A stretch of 63,985 nt of DNA, the filler included, from Candidatus Hydrogenedentota bacterium (GTDB lineage Bacteria; JBFMHD01), in assembly GCA_040752395.1 (NCBI GenBank). It is 6 parts of 6 records of this genome, joined end to end, with 100 filler letters (N's around TTAATTAATTAA, not from the genome) between each part and the next. Parts side by side here need not be neighbours in the genome. Positions count along the whole stretch, not along the records: positions 54,158 to 63,985 come from JBFMHD010000097.1; 5 more parts are not named here. One strand, written 5' to 3'. Each line of letters opens with the position of its first letter. Within the stretch, counting starts at the first letter, position 1. Shown here piece by piece: positions 54,159 to 63,985 of the stretch. Both the position numbers and the translations under genes were made by a program. The notes beneath the pieces are model-generated. The model did not search any database. It was not told where the DNA came from and was given only the letters and a program-made list of their open reading frames with translations.

Positions 54159-57100
54159 AGTGGCTTTGGTGAGTTTCGGATCCCGTTATCAACACTTGGT
54201 GTGAGTAATGGTGATTCTATCGGAATAATATATTATGGCCGTCATTCTGCAGCCAAACCAGGTATTAATGATATCACACCCGGGGTAACAACGGCGAATC
54301 CTGGTTATCCTCATAGTGACTGGGCTGATGAAAATTCAAGAATTGATGCGAGTAAAGTAGCTTGCTACGTTATACAGGAGAGCATTCTTTCAGCATTTCA
54401 CAGACCCGCGGACGAGCCTGTTACTGGTAAAGGAATAATGAGAGACCCATTAAATCCGACAGGAGCAGATAATGTTGATATATTAGCAGCCATTAGCCCG
54501 CCGTCATACACCTCAACACTTTATTTACATTATACCACAAACAACTGGGCTTCTTCTGATACTATTACGTTATCATCTTCATTTACCAGCGGGTCTTACG
54601 AATATTTTGCAGGTATTATACCAAAGCACTCAAGTAAAGGTGACACAGTTAAATATTACCTCAGGATACCAGGTGAGTTTATGCACAATTATATTTATGG
54701 TAATGATAATTCATCGACTGTTACAACATCACAGTCAACAGCGCAGAATAATGCGTTTTATTATGTAATAAAGAATTCTGTACCGAGTGTTCCGAGTGTA
54801 GATTTGGCACCTCATACACCACAGGATAGTTCAACTTTAGTTGCTACAGCATCAGGCTCAACCGATGCTGATACAGTGGACACTGTTTATTATGTTTTTC
54901 ACTGGTATAGAAACGGCACTTATTTAAGTTCACTTACAACTACTGATTCTACATCACCATATACATCATTTGTATCTTGTGATAATACATTTTTAGGTGA
55001 TGACTGGTACTTTGAGGTTATAGTTACAGATAATTTTGATTCCCAGTCACCTGTTATGAGTAATATTATAAGGATCAGTAATTTAGAGACATGGGATACA
55101 TCAGAACCATCAGAGACAAACTCTGCTATAGTAATTAATAACGAATGGATTTTTCGTGATAAAAAGAATGACCAGCGAACCATACCACCTGAACCAGAGA
55201 ATTTTGACATACTTGAAGCGCGTATTAAAATGGATACTATGTATTTTTATATAAGGGTCAAGTTTCAGGATATAACAAATATTAACTATCCAAATCTTGC
55301 TATCTCGATCGATACTAATAATTCGGGTGGTGGCACGGTTTTAGGTGATGAGAGTCAGACCGGGCTCGGTAATGGTTATTATCTATCGAATGCGTATTTT
55401 GAAAAATTAATTGTGCTACATAATTATATTGATAATGTGCCAATAATAGAGATTTACGATGGCAGTAATTGGGTAGAGGGTTCTTTTCAAGATACATTAA
55501 TTATAAATAGTTCAGCCAACGTTCTCGAAGCGCGGATACGACGTGATGAGATCGGGCTCTCTGGTGATAGCAGCGTAAGACTCGCAATCGCTGTGTTCAA
55601 AAATCGGCTCGGCAAAGCAAGTGAGATAAATTCTACAGTAGAATACCCGACTTGCGACGCACTCGATAATCTCGGAATAACTGCTTTAGGTTTCTATGAT
55701 AATGACTGGTCAAAAGATGCGTATGACGGAGAAGTAGCGGATGGCGATGTAGATTTCTGGTTCTGGTTCAGATATGATGCGAATGGTTTAATAAATAATG
55801 ATACACCTACAAAACCAGCAAACCCACAACCCGCTGATTCGGATTCCACCGCTGATAAAACACCTACCTTGAGCTGGGACCCATCAACTGACCCGGATGC
55901 ACAGGATACTATTACCTCATATTTAATTGAATTAGGTGAAGATATGAACCTCGATAGAACAATTAAATACAGGGTTAATCTTGAAAATGATTCTTTAAGT
56001 TTTACTGTACCAGATGAATTAAGTATTGATAAATGGTACTACTGGCGTGTCAGGGCACGAGATCAAACAGGCAGACTATCAAGCGGTGATGTCTGGAGTT
56101 TCAAAGTTATTAAACCTGAGATTTATGTAACACAGCCTCTTGATAAAAATAATATCGATAATTATCTACAGGTTCAGGGTCAGGAAACAAGGGATTCTAA
56201 TATTAACTGGTACTGGTCACCACCAATACATTCAGTAGGCTGGCAAATAAAAGATATTGTGATTCAGGTTTCTGATAACCAATCTTTTACAAGCTATGTT
56301 ATCTGGGATACGTTATATGGTTCTGCTGAGAATGGGTGTACTAATTCATATACGATTACCAGTCCTTCACTCCAGTCATTATTAGAGCGAGGTAATACGT
56401 ATTATGCGAGGATAAAAGCAGGTGATACAGCTACTCCACAGAACTGGAGTGACTGGAGCACTGCGAGTGATGGGGTATATTATTCATTAAAGCAGATCGA
56501 TGGGAATCTTGGTGATTGGCAGGCTGATACAGGCTGGAGTTTAAATAGCGCAAATTATATCGGCGATACGTTTTACGAAGGCATATGGCAGGATTCTACA
56601 AATGACCAGCGAACAGACCGCTCACCACAATATCTTTATCTTGATTTAGATGAATTACATATCGCAGCTGATAAATATAATCTTTATTTCTATATTAAAA
56701 TGACCAATTGGTCTGCATCATACAATATCTATCTCCAGCTTGCTCTTGATATCAATAATAATTCTTCTACTCGTGTTTTTAAAGGCAGAGACGTTGAGGG
56801 TGAGGACTGTTTTACCTCGAGTGAGGCTTGCTGGGAATACCTTGTAAGATGTTTATCCGGGAACAATGTGGTTTATATTAATAATAAAGACTGGGGATTG
56901 GTTGGCCTGGGTAGATATACTGAGAATTCTACTAATAGCTGTGTTGAGATAGCTGTACCGCTTGATAAAGTTGGGGGCTCGAATGAATATTATAATGATA
57001 CTATGAACCTATCTGTTGCTGTTTTCTGGTGTGACAATGGTAGTGTAGGTGATTGGGATGCTGGCTCTGCGTATACTGTGAACGCAGTCGATGTAGTCTC

Positions 57101-60100
57101 GGGTGAAAATGGTACCTGGAGCGAGGTATCTGATAAAGTAGTAGAGTATTATTTACAGGTTAGATTTGATACTGCTAATTTTGTATCAGGGATCAGTATA
57201 AAGGAGGGGGCGGATGAGAGCGCACCGACCCAGCCGAGTAATGACGGCTCACCACTTAGCTCGTTTCAGAGCTATATTTTTTACAATGTATTTGTTGACC
57301 GGTTCTGGAACGGTTATGCAAATAATACACCATCTGACCCGGATATGACAGGCGGCGATTTTGATGGGTTCATAGAAAAGATGCAATATTTTAATGACCG
57401 GGGTATTACTGGTTTGTATTGTTCGCCGATACTCGATTTTGGTGGTGGTACATGGGGTTATAATCAGCATGATTTACACAGGGTTCAAGGCTCGTTTGTA
57501 AGCGATAACTGGACACCGTACTATGGCTGGGATGATTTTGTAACATTAGTTAAAGAAGCTCAAAGACATAATATCAAGGTCGGGATTGACTGGGTACCGG
57601 GTCAGATATATGGTAATGAGACAAGTGGTGGTACCATAGAGCGCCATCCTAAGTTTTATCACGGTGAGAGATTTGGTGGTCGAAGGATATTACAATACGT
57701 TTCAGATGTCAGGCAATTTTTTGTTGACCACTCACGATTTTTATACGGGTTAGGTTGTTCGTTTTTCAGGGTTGATAACCCCAAGTTTTATCCGGATCCG
57801 CTTGAGCAGGGACTACCATTTTTTGTATATACTCGTAAATACTGGGATACATTTGCACCGGATTTATATACGTTTGGTGAGGTGCCTGGTGGTGTAGCTG
57901 ATTGTGCAGCATTTTGTAAAGATGGGAACCGATTACATGGTATGCTTGATTTCCCGTTATCCCAGCCGGTAAAAGACTGGTGTCAGGGTGGTAACAGCGG
58001 TACTTTCAGAAATACTTTAGATAGCAATGAAGCAGGGTATGTTGGTGCTGTAACACCGTTGAATGTTGGTTATTATGAGAACCATGACCATGATAGGTGT
58101 TATCATTATGTTGGAGATAATGCAGATGCCAAATGGAATATGCAGTCTTTATTTTTATTTTTGTCGACCTATATCTCCCCACCGTGTATTTTTTACGGTG
58201 ATGAGCGCGTGATGATGGGAAAGAAGAATATGACATATCCAGGCTGGCAGTATACAGAGAGCACGTCGTTATTTGGAAACACGCGTGCGTTTGCCTGGGA
58301 TTATGATGGTGCTACAAGTGATATAGATGGTACTGTAAAGAATACAATGCGGGCACGGAACATTTTTGAGTGTCTGACTTATGATTCATCAGGACGCTAC
58401 TATGAGAGAGCAGATGGTACCGGTATGATAGTTCGGCGTGGTGCTTGGGATAAAAAGAATGTTGTCTGTCTTTTAAATAACACGAGCTCGTCGCAAACTT
58501 ACTCGAATTTTTATACATGGAATACAAGTACTCAGTTTCGCGATTGGTTTAATGCGCTGAATGGGAATGATGGTCGGGTCTGGTCAGATGCCAATGCTAT
58601 GATTTCGAGTTTTACAGTTAACAGCAAGTATGCAGCGTTTCTTGTAAAAGAGAGTTTTGATTTAGCCTGGCTTGATATTCATGTTAAGGATGCAAGTACT
58701 TTAGCAAATATATCAGGTGCTATCGTGAGTATAGATAGCAAGAGTGCGTGGACAGCTGAAACGAACTCAAACGGTGATGCACAAATCTATGATATCTGGA
58801 CTGAGGATGGCGCTACTACATCACGAACTTTAAAAGTCTGGGCACCAGGATATATGATATTAGAAATCAGCATGACATTTGATGGCGCAAATTTAGGTCA
58901 GCAGGAGAATGATACTACTGTATATTTAACACAGGATAACGGTATTGCACCAGCTGCACCAACAGGTTTATCAGCTGTACCACGGGATAAAGGGGTTGAA
59001 TTAAACTGGACTGCTAATACCGAAGATGATTTTGAGTCGTATTACATTTATCGTTCACAAACATCAAATGACCAGAATCCTACGCTCGTAGTCGAGGTTT
59101 TAAGGAATACGTTTTTTGAATCTAATTTTGATCGTGGGTTAACCAATGGTGATACTTATTACTATAAAGTTAAAGCAAGAGATATAAATGATAACGTAAG
59201 CGGGTTTTCAAATGAGGTGATGGTAGTTCCACATAAAGTACAAGTTACTTTTCAGGTTGATATGAGTAACTCTGGGTTTTCTAATATTACCCAAGTTTAT
59301 ATGAAAGGTAACCCGATTGATATCTCACGCAGCGATTTTAATGAGTCATATAAAATGTCAGACATAGACCCTTTAGTAGCTTTAACATATATAGGTCGAA
59401 ATATCTGGGAAAAAACAATTGAGTTAGATCCTACTATGACAATAAACTGGATTTACGTCTGTAATTACAATAATGGAAGCAGCTGGTATGATGAATATAA
59501 TACAGGTTCAAATGGTTTAAGAACATCGACTTATGAAAACGCTCGCGAAACCAAGATATTAGATTCTGTGAATTGGAGTATGCCGATGGTCAGGGTCTGG
59601 ATGAATGGTTATGATGTAGCGCCGCAGAAACCGATCGGCTTAAGTGCGGTGGCTAAAGACAGGAACATAAAGCTTGGATGGTCGTTAAATCTGGAAGCTG
59701 ATATGGATTATTATGAGATATGGAAGAGTACAGACGGTGTGAATTTTAGTTTATTAACCTATGCTGATGAGGATGTTATTAATTATACTGATTATAATGT
59801 TACAAATGGTGCTGCTTACTGGTATAAGATCAAAGCGGTTGATGTAAACGGATATGCGAGTGATTTTTCTGATTCTGTTTCATCTTCACCGACTACTTTG
59901 ACAGATACCACGCCACCATCAGTACCTCAAAACCTGGAAGCAGCACCTGCAGGAACAGGCAGGGTAAAAATTACGTGGGATTATAATACAGAAGGCGATT
60001 TAGCTGGCTACAATATTTATCGTAGTACAGCTACTTACTTTACACTCACCTCAGATAATAAAATAAACACTGCTATTATACCTGTAAGTCTTACACCGAA

Positions 60101-60815
60101 TTTTACTGACCAGGGGTTATCACCAGGACAACAGTATTATTATGTTGTCACTACGCTTGATGATGCATTAAATGAGAGTGATTCCTCGAGTCTATTATCA
60201 GTTAAGCTTTCAAGATTAACGTTTAGAGTTGATGTAGGTAATGTCAGTCCGTTGAACGTTAAGATAATATCTAACAATATAGATTTTATAGGTTCAAATC
60301 CAGGACAAGATATGACAAAAGTGACCGGAACCAATTCTACTTATAGTTACACTACTGATTTTATAGTCGGGAATAGTCTTCAGTATAAATATACATATAA
60401 TTCGTTACAAACCGTTGAAGGCGATTTTAGTACCGGTTCAAAATACAGAGAATTAACTGTACCTGATGACGTGTCGAGGACATATATAGATGACTGGGAG
60501 GAGTTACCTACAAAAGTTACAGGGTTCAGTGGAACAGCGGATTCAGGTTCGGTCTGGTTAATGTGGAGTGCTAATACAGCGAATGAAGATTTTGCCGGGT
60601 ATAATCTTTACAGAGAGACTCAAGGTGGATATACAAAGATAAATTCATCACTTATAACAAACACTTATTATCAAGTAACCGGTTTAACGAATGGAACAAC
60701 GTATTATTTTACGGTTCGCGCTGTGGATTCAGGCGACATAGAGTACGAGAGTATCAACTCAGACATACTCGCATTAACACCGAATAATTCGATGTATGTG
60801 ATATTTAAGAATTAG
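54159..60815 (+). CDS. Large modular GH13 alpha-amylase-family enzyme (5' truncated) with DOMON-like, Fn3 and CBM20-like domains
   Basis: VFVDRFWNG, GGDFDG, FRVDNPK (nucleophile D), FGEV (acid/base E), ENHD; Fn3 repeats AP..P.GL.A...V.L.W. Confidence 0.88.
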   Translation, partial: SGFGEFRIPLSTLGVSNGDSIGIIYYGRHSAAKPGINDITPGVTTANPGYPHSDWADENSRIDASKVACYVIQESILSAFHRPADEPVTGKGIMRDPLNPTGADNVDILAAISPPSYTSTLYLHYTTNNWASSDTITLSSSFTSGSYEYFAGIIPKHSSKGDTVKYYLRIPGEFMHNYIYGNDNSSTVTTSQSTAQNNAFYYVIKNSVPSVPSVDLAPHTPQDSSTLVATASGSTDADTVDTVYYVFHWYRNGTYLSSLTTTDSTSPYTSFVSCDNTFLGDDWYFEVIVTDNFDSQSPVMSNIIRISNLETWDTSEPSETNSAIVINNEWIFRDKKNDQRTIPPEPENFDILEARIKMDTMYFYIRVKFQDITNINYPNLAISIDTNNSGGGTVLGDESQTGLGNGYYLSNAYFEKLIVLHNYIDNVPIIEIYDGSNWVEGSFQDTLIINSSANVLEARIRRDEIGLSGDSSVRLAIAVFKNRLGKASEINSTVEYPTCDALDNLGITALGFYDNDWSKDAYDGEVADGDVDFWFWFRYDANGLINNDTPTKPANPQPADSDSTADKTPTLSWDPSTDPDAQDTITSYLIELGEDMNLDRTIKYRVNLENDSLSFTVPDELSIDKWYYWRVRARDQTGRLSSGDVWSFKVIKPEIYVTQPLDKNNIDNYLQVQGQETRDSNINWYWSPPIHSVGWQIKDIVIQVSDNQSFTSYVIWDTLYGSAENGCTNSYTITSPSLQSLLERGNTYYARIKAGDTATPQNWSDWSTASDGVYYSLKQIDGNLGDWQADTGWSLNSANYIGDTFYEGIWQDSTNDQRTDRSPQYLYLDLDELHIAADKYNLYFYIKMTNWSASYNIYLQLALDINNNSSTRVFKGRDVEGEDCFTSSEACWEYLVRCLSGNNVVYINNKDWGLVGLGRYTENSTNSCVEIAVPLDKVGGSNEYYNDTMNLSVAVFWCDNGSVGDWDAGSAYTVNAVDVVSGENGTWSEVSDKVVEYYLQVRFDTANFVSGISIKEGADESAPTQPSNDGSPLSSFQSYIFYNVFVDRFWNGYANNTPSDPDMTGGDFDGFIEKMQYFNDRGITGLYCSPILDFGGGTWGYNQHDLHRVQGSFVSDNWTPYYGWDDFVTLVKEAQRHNIKVGIDWVPGQIYGNETSGGTIERHPKFYHGERFGGRRILQYVSDVRQFFVDHSRFLYGLGCSFFRVDNPKFYPDPLEQGLPFFVYTRKYWDTFAPDLYTFGEVPGGVADCAAFCKDGNRLHGMLDFPLSQPVKDWCQGGNSGTFRNTLDSNEAGYVGAVTPLNVGYYENHDHDRCYHYVGDNADAKWNMQSLFLFLSTYISPPCIFYGDERVMMGKKNMTYPGWQYTESTSLFGNTRAFAWDYDGATSDIDGTVKNTMRARNIFECLTYDSSGRYYERADGTGMIVRRGAWDKKNVVCLLNNTSSSQTYSNFYTWNTSTQFRDWFNALNGNDGRVWSDANAMISSFTVNSKYAAFLVKESFDLAWLDIHVKDASTLANISGAIVSIDSKSAWTAETNSNGDAQIYDIWTEDGATTSRTLKVWAPGYMILEISMTFDGANLGQQENDTTVYLTQDNGIAPAAPTGLSAVPRDKGVELNWTANTEDDFESYYIYRSQTSNDQNPTLVVEVLRNTFFESNFDRGLTNGDTYYYKVKARDINDNVSGFSNEVMVVPHKVQVTFQVDMSNSGFSNITQVYMKGNPIDISRSDFNESYKMSDIDPLVALTYIGRNIWEKTIELDPTMTINWIYVCNYNNGSSWYDEYNTGSNGLRTSTYENARETKILDSVNWSMPMVRVWMNGYDVAPQKPIGLSAVAKDRNIKLGWSLNLEADMDYYEIWKSTDGVNFSLLTYADEDVINYTDYNVTNGAAYWYKIKAVDVNGYASDFSDSVSSSPTTLTDTTPPSVPQNLEAAPAGTGRVKITWDYNTEGDLAGYNIYRSTATYFTLTSDNKINTAIIPVSLTPNFTDQGLSPGQQYYYVVTTLDDALNESDSSSLLSVKLSRLTFRVDVGNVSPLNVKIISNNIDFIGSNPGQDMTKVTGTNSTYSYTTDFIVGNSLQYKYTYNSLQTVEGDFSTGSKYRELTVPDDVSRTYIDDWEELPTKVTGFSGTADSGSVWLMWSANTANEDFAGYNLYRETQGGYTKINSSLITNTYYQVTGLTNGTTYYFTVRAVDSGDIEYESINSDILALTPNNSMYVIFKN

Positions 60816-60837
60816 AGGCAAGAAGCAAGAAAACGAA

Positions 60838-61203
60838 ATGATTAAAAGTTATAAAGATTTAGAAGTATATAAAAAATCATATGAGTTAGCTATGAGGATA
60901 TGGATGATAACAAAAAAATTTCCAAAAGAAGAGATATATTCATTATCATCTCAAATTTTAAGATCATCAAGATCCATTCCTGCGAATATTGCAGAAGGAT
61001 GGGCAAAAAGAAATTATGAAAATATATTTAAAAAGCATTTATTAGATGCAATAGGTTCTTGTGACGAAACAAGGGTATGGTTAGATTTTGCTTTTGACAG
61101 CAAATATCTAACGAATGTAGAATATAAAGACTTAATTAATAATTATGATGAAATAGGGAAAATGCTGAACGGGTTAAAATTTAAATGGAAGACTTTTAAA
61201 TGA
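60838..61203 (+). CDS. Four-helix bundle protein (23S rRNA IVS-protein/TIGR02436 family)
   Basis: SYKDLEVYKKS..LA......FPKEE.Y.L.SQI.RSS.SI.ANIAEG. Confidence 0.93.
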   Translation: MIKSYKDLEVYKKSYELAMRIWMITKKFPKEEIYSLSSQILRSSRSIPANIAEGWAKRNYENIFKKHLLDAIGSCDETRVWLDFAFDSKYLTNVEYKDLINNYDEIGKMLNGLKFKWKTFK

Positions 61204-62261
61204 ATTTATTAATAGAGCTTATGTTTAAACTATATTCAATTATTTATTATGTTTTATTATCTTGTCTCTTGCTTCCTGCTTCTTGCTTCTTTAGTACTCT
61301 TTCTGCCGGCACTTATGCTTCGGATACATGGGCTCTGGTTAAAAAATATATCGCTGTGCATCCAGGAACGAGTAAAGCCGTCTGGGAAGATGCAGATAGG
61401 TCATTGATAACCAATGGTGCGATGGAGATGACTCCTGTTGGTGATGGCACGTATCAGGCTATATTAGAACTTAATAAAGGCGCTACTTACAACTTTATAT
61501 TTTTCGCTAAAACAGAAGCTAGTGCACCACCAGGACTACAGACCTGGACAACTTATTATGACGCAGTACCTACAGGTGGGTCTATACAATCAGGAACACA
61601 ACCAACGGTAGTAACTACCGTTGATACGTATTATAACCCTGTATATTACAGTGTGATCGTTGATGGGTATAATCAGGATGCACGCAGAGTTCTTAAAACA
61701 CCTACAAATATTGGTGATACTTTATATATATTTAACAACTTTGGAGATCACCCCAAAGCACCACAGAATTTCAAAGCCAATGCTTTAGATACGCAAAATG
61801 TACTACTTACCTGGGATGATCCGTACACTAACTGGGGTACCTGGGGTGAATCAGTTAAAGCAGTTGATGTTATTGCTGGTGGAACTTATGCTATATATCG
61901 TAATACTACAGGAAGCACAACAACATATACACTCTTAACAACCGTTGATGGCAGTCTGAATTCATATTATGATACCAATGTGGCGATGAATGATACCTAC
62001 TGGTATGTGATTGTATCGTATGATGCTTATCGAGGTGGCACTAATCAGCCGTTTACACAGCTTTGTAGCAGTGATACTTCGAATCAAGATTCTGCTACTA
62101 TTTATGAGCCGATTAATGTATTTTTCAAAGTTGAACATTTTAACTGGGATTATGTAAGACAGCACGATTACATAGTTTATCTAACACCTGATACCGAACA
62201 AAATTTGATATTTGCGAGACGGATTATGGGAAGGATAGCGGTGTGTGAAATAAGAAATTAA
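61200..62261 (+). CDS. Secreted protein with CBM-like N-terminal domain and Fn3 domain
   Basis: Signal peptide ending TLSA; MTPVGDGTY...L.L..G.TY.F; APQNFKA...V.LTW..YWYVIVSYD. Confidence 0.72.
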   Translation: MNLLIELMFKLYSIIYYVLLSCLLLPASCFFSTLSAGTYASDTWALVKKYIAVHPGTSKAVWEDADRSLITNGAMEMTPVGDGTYQAILELNKGATYNFIFFAKTEASAPPGLQTWTTYYDAVPTGGSIQSGTQPTVVTTVDTYYNPVYYSVIVDGYNQDARRVLKTPTNIGDTLYIFNNFGDHPKAPQNFKANALDTQNVLLTWDDPYTNWGTWGESVKAVDVIAGGTYAIYRNTTGSTTTYTLLTTVDGSLNSYYDTNVAMNDTYWYVIVSYDAYRGGTNQPFTQLCSSDTSNQDSATIYEPINVFFKVEHFNWDYVRQHDYIVYLTPDTEQNLIFARRIMGRIAVCEIRN

Positions 62262-62299
62262 AGTTAAAAGTTAAAAGAAAAACAAAAGAGAGGTTTGTA

Positions 62300-63907
62300 A
62301 TGTTTGTAATGAAAGATAAATATAATTTAATACTTTTTACTTTTTACTTTTTACTTTTTACTTCATCTTGTTTATATGCTGTCAATCTTCCAGATACCTG
62401 GGCAAACATACCTAAAAAGCTATCAGGTAATTTTACAGGTACCTGGGCTGATACTGATATGTATGGTCCTGATGTATATCCTGCGGATACAGGATACTGG
62501 TATAGGGTTTTAAAACTTATTCCTGGAAGCCAGTTCCAGTTTAAATTCAAAATCGATCCTGATAGCGATGGCCAAAACTATCTCTTTGAACCTGATTTTT
62601 CTACAAACTCAGGTAATAGAGAGATAACCGTGACAGATAATGGAAGTGGCACGATGAATGTATTTTGTAATTGGGCTGATACCCCTGGAACACCACTTAA
62701 TCTTAACGCACTCTCTGATTCTGGTTCTGCATCTCTTTACTGGGATACACCAAGTTTTAACGATGGTTATGATGTTGCTTATGGTGGATGGTACAATATT
62801 TATTACTGTACAGGGGCTGCTGGGCCAGGGTGGGTCAAAGCTAACCCTAATACTGAAACAGTTACCAATACATATTACAAAGTTAATAATTTAATGAATG
62901 ATACTGTTTATTATTTCTATGTCAGAGCATACGATGCGTATGGTGTAGCAAGTGATACCTCTAATATCGATAGTTGCATACCTGTATCAAAAGTAAACAT
63001 AACTTTTAGAGTTTATGTAGGTGAGATGATAGATTCAGCGGTTTATCTCGGCATGGATACTGGTTCCTGGCAGGAGATACTGCTATCACAAGAAGGGAGC
63101 ACAAATTACTGGAGTGAAACATTAGTGCTCTCCTCAAATCTATTCATCGAATATAAATTTGTTATAGTTGATACAGCAAATGACAAACAATACGAATATC
63201 CTGTAGCTCAAACTATTAGATATATGTTTATATATCCTGATACAACGGGTTTGAGCCAGGTACAGGTTCAGGGTTCATGGAATGATTGGGGTACTAAAAC
63301 CGATTTAACTGAAGATGAGGACGGATACTGGCGCGGTGAGGTGAATTTAGATCCGGGCCAATACGAATACAAATTTATTTTGAATGGTTCTAATTATGTT
63401 TTTGATCCTTATAACCAGTATCAACGGAACAATAATTCGTTACTTGCAATAGATTGTTTGCCATCCAATTCGTATATGCGTGAATTTACTGTTCCACAAT
63501 CCGATACAATTATTAATGTAGATTGGGAGGATACGCCGTTAACACCTCCAAATTTTATTGCAAACCCATATAATAATTCATCTGTTAGACTGCAATGGAC
63601 ACAAGTAAGCTCATCAGAGGATATTGATTCATATATACTATACTATACAGAAACGCCGTGGGATACAAGTACGTGGATCAAAATTACAGAGATTGAGTCA
63701 GATATGAATTATTATTACCATACAAATCTTATAATGGGTGATACTTATTATTACAGGATATATTCCAGAGATTATGGTGGGAATACGAGTGTATGGCCTA
63801 ATTTTGAATCTGCAACTGTAGCCTCAGGTATCGCAGTATATTTTAAGGTCGAGAACAGGGAAGAACTTAATTTAGAAGCAAGAAGCAAGAGGCAAGAGGC
63901 AAGATAA
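62300..63907 (+). CDS. Secreted glycogen/starch-binding protein (CBM48/CBM20-like plus Fn3 domains)
   Basis: VQVQGSWNDW....L..DEDG.W...V.L.PGQYEYKFI.NG....DP.N; two Fn3 repeats. Confidence 0.78.
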   Translation: MFVMKDKYNLILFTFYFLLFTSSCLYAVNLPDTWANIPKKLSGNFTGTWADTDMYGPDVYPADTGYWYRVLKLIPGSQFQFKFKIDPDSDGQNYLFEPDFSTNSGNREITVTDNGSGTMNVFCNWADTPGTPLNLNALSDSGSASLYWDTPSFNDGYDVAYGGWYNIYYCTGAAGPGWVKANPNTETVTNTYYKVNNLMNDTVYYFYVRAYDAYGVASDTSNIDSCIPVSKVNITFRVYVGEMIDSAVYLGMDTGSWQEILLSQEGSTNYWSETLVLSSNLFIEYKFVIVDTANDKQYEYPVAQTIRYMFIYPDTTGLSQVQVQGSWNDWGTKTDLTEDEDGYWRGEVNLDPGQYEYKFILNGSNYVFDPYNQYQRNNNSLLAIDCLPSNSYMREFTVPQSDTIINVDWEDTPLTPPNFIANPYNNSSVRLQWTQVSSSEDIDSYILYYTETPWDTSTWIKITEIESDMNYYYHTNLIMGDTYYYRIYSRDYGGNTSVWPNFESATVASGIAVYFKVENREELNLEARSKRQEAR

Positions 63908-63985
63908 CGGAAAGAAAGATAACGAAAGAAGCACGAAGCAAGAGACGATAAACAGCAGAAAGAAAGAAAAGATTACGAAAGAACC
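63873..63985. repeat. AGAAGCA/AGAGGCA-GATAACG module overlapping the end of the previous gene
   Basis: Matches 120-175 and 5609-5675. Confidence 0.88.

Noticed and set aside
60838-61203. Diversity-generating retroelement (Avd-like gene)
   Set aside because: No reverse transcriptase and no TR/VR pair with adenine-specific differences seen.

Overview
Six unlinked, length-sorted contigs (~10.6-10.9 kb each) from a low-GC diderm bacterium, probably a MAG or SAG of an uncultured lineage. They are joined by artificial 100-nt N/TTAATTAATTAA spacers, so adjacency across gaps means nothing. Contents: (1) tRNA-Thr, tuf and the S10 operon, plus an MBL hydrolase, a glycogen debranching enzyme, a DUF35-type protein and an ORF6N protein; (2) dnaN-gyrB-gyrA-phoH2-dnaQ-like and a TMTC/TPR gene; (3) purA, an antiporter, serC, merR, cimA and pfkB-hom-thrC-apgM; (4-5) two ~2,860-aa secreted proteins with T9SS-CTD/FlgD-like ends, each followed by a PorV/PorQ-like barrel; (6) a modular GH13/Fn3/CBM starch-glycogen cluster. 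The most unusual signal is a dispersed intergenic system. A conserved 31-bp site (ATTATTAKRGTYRSNNNGTTTTTCRRAGGAG, 13 copies, always in the sense orientation) ends in a Shine-Dalgarno that serves rpsC, tuf, gyrA, purA, serC and others. It delimits interchangeable modules of 7/8-nt periodic repeats that form imperfect hairpins. The modules occur in shuffled orders, include a filled/empty allele pair, flank small cargo-type genes (four-helix bundle, DUF5618, ORF6N, MNT remnant) and encode signal peptides of secreted proteins. No recombinase or transposase is visible in the window, so the mechanism is inference.
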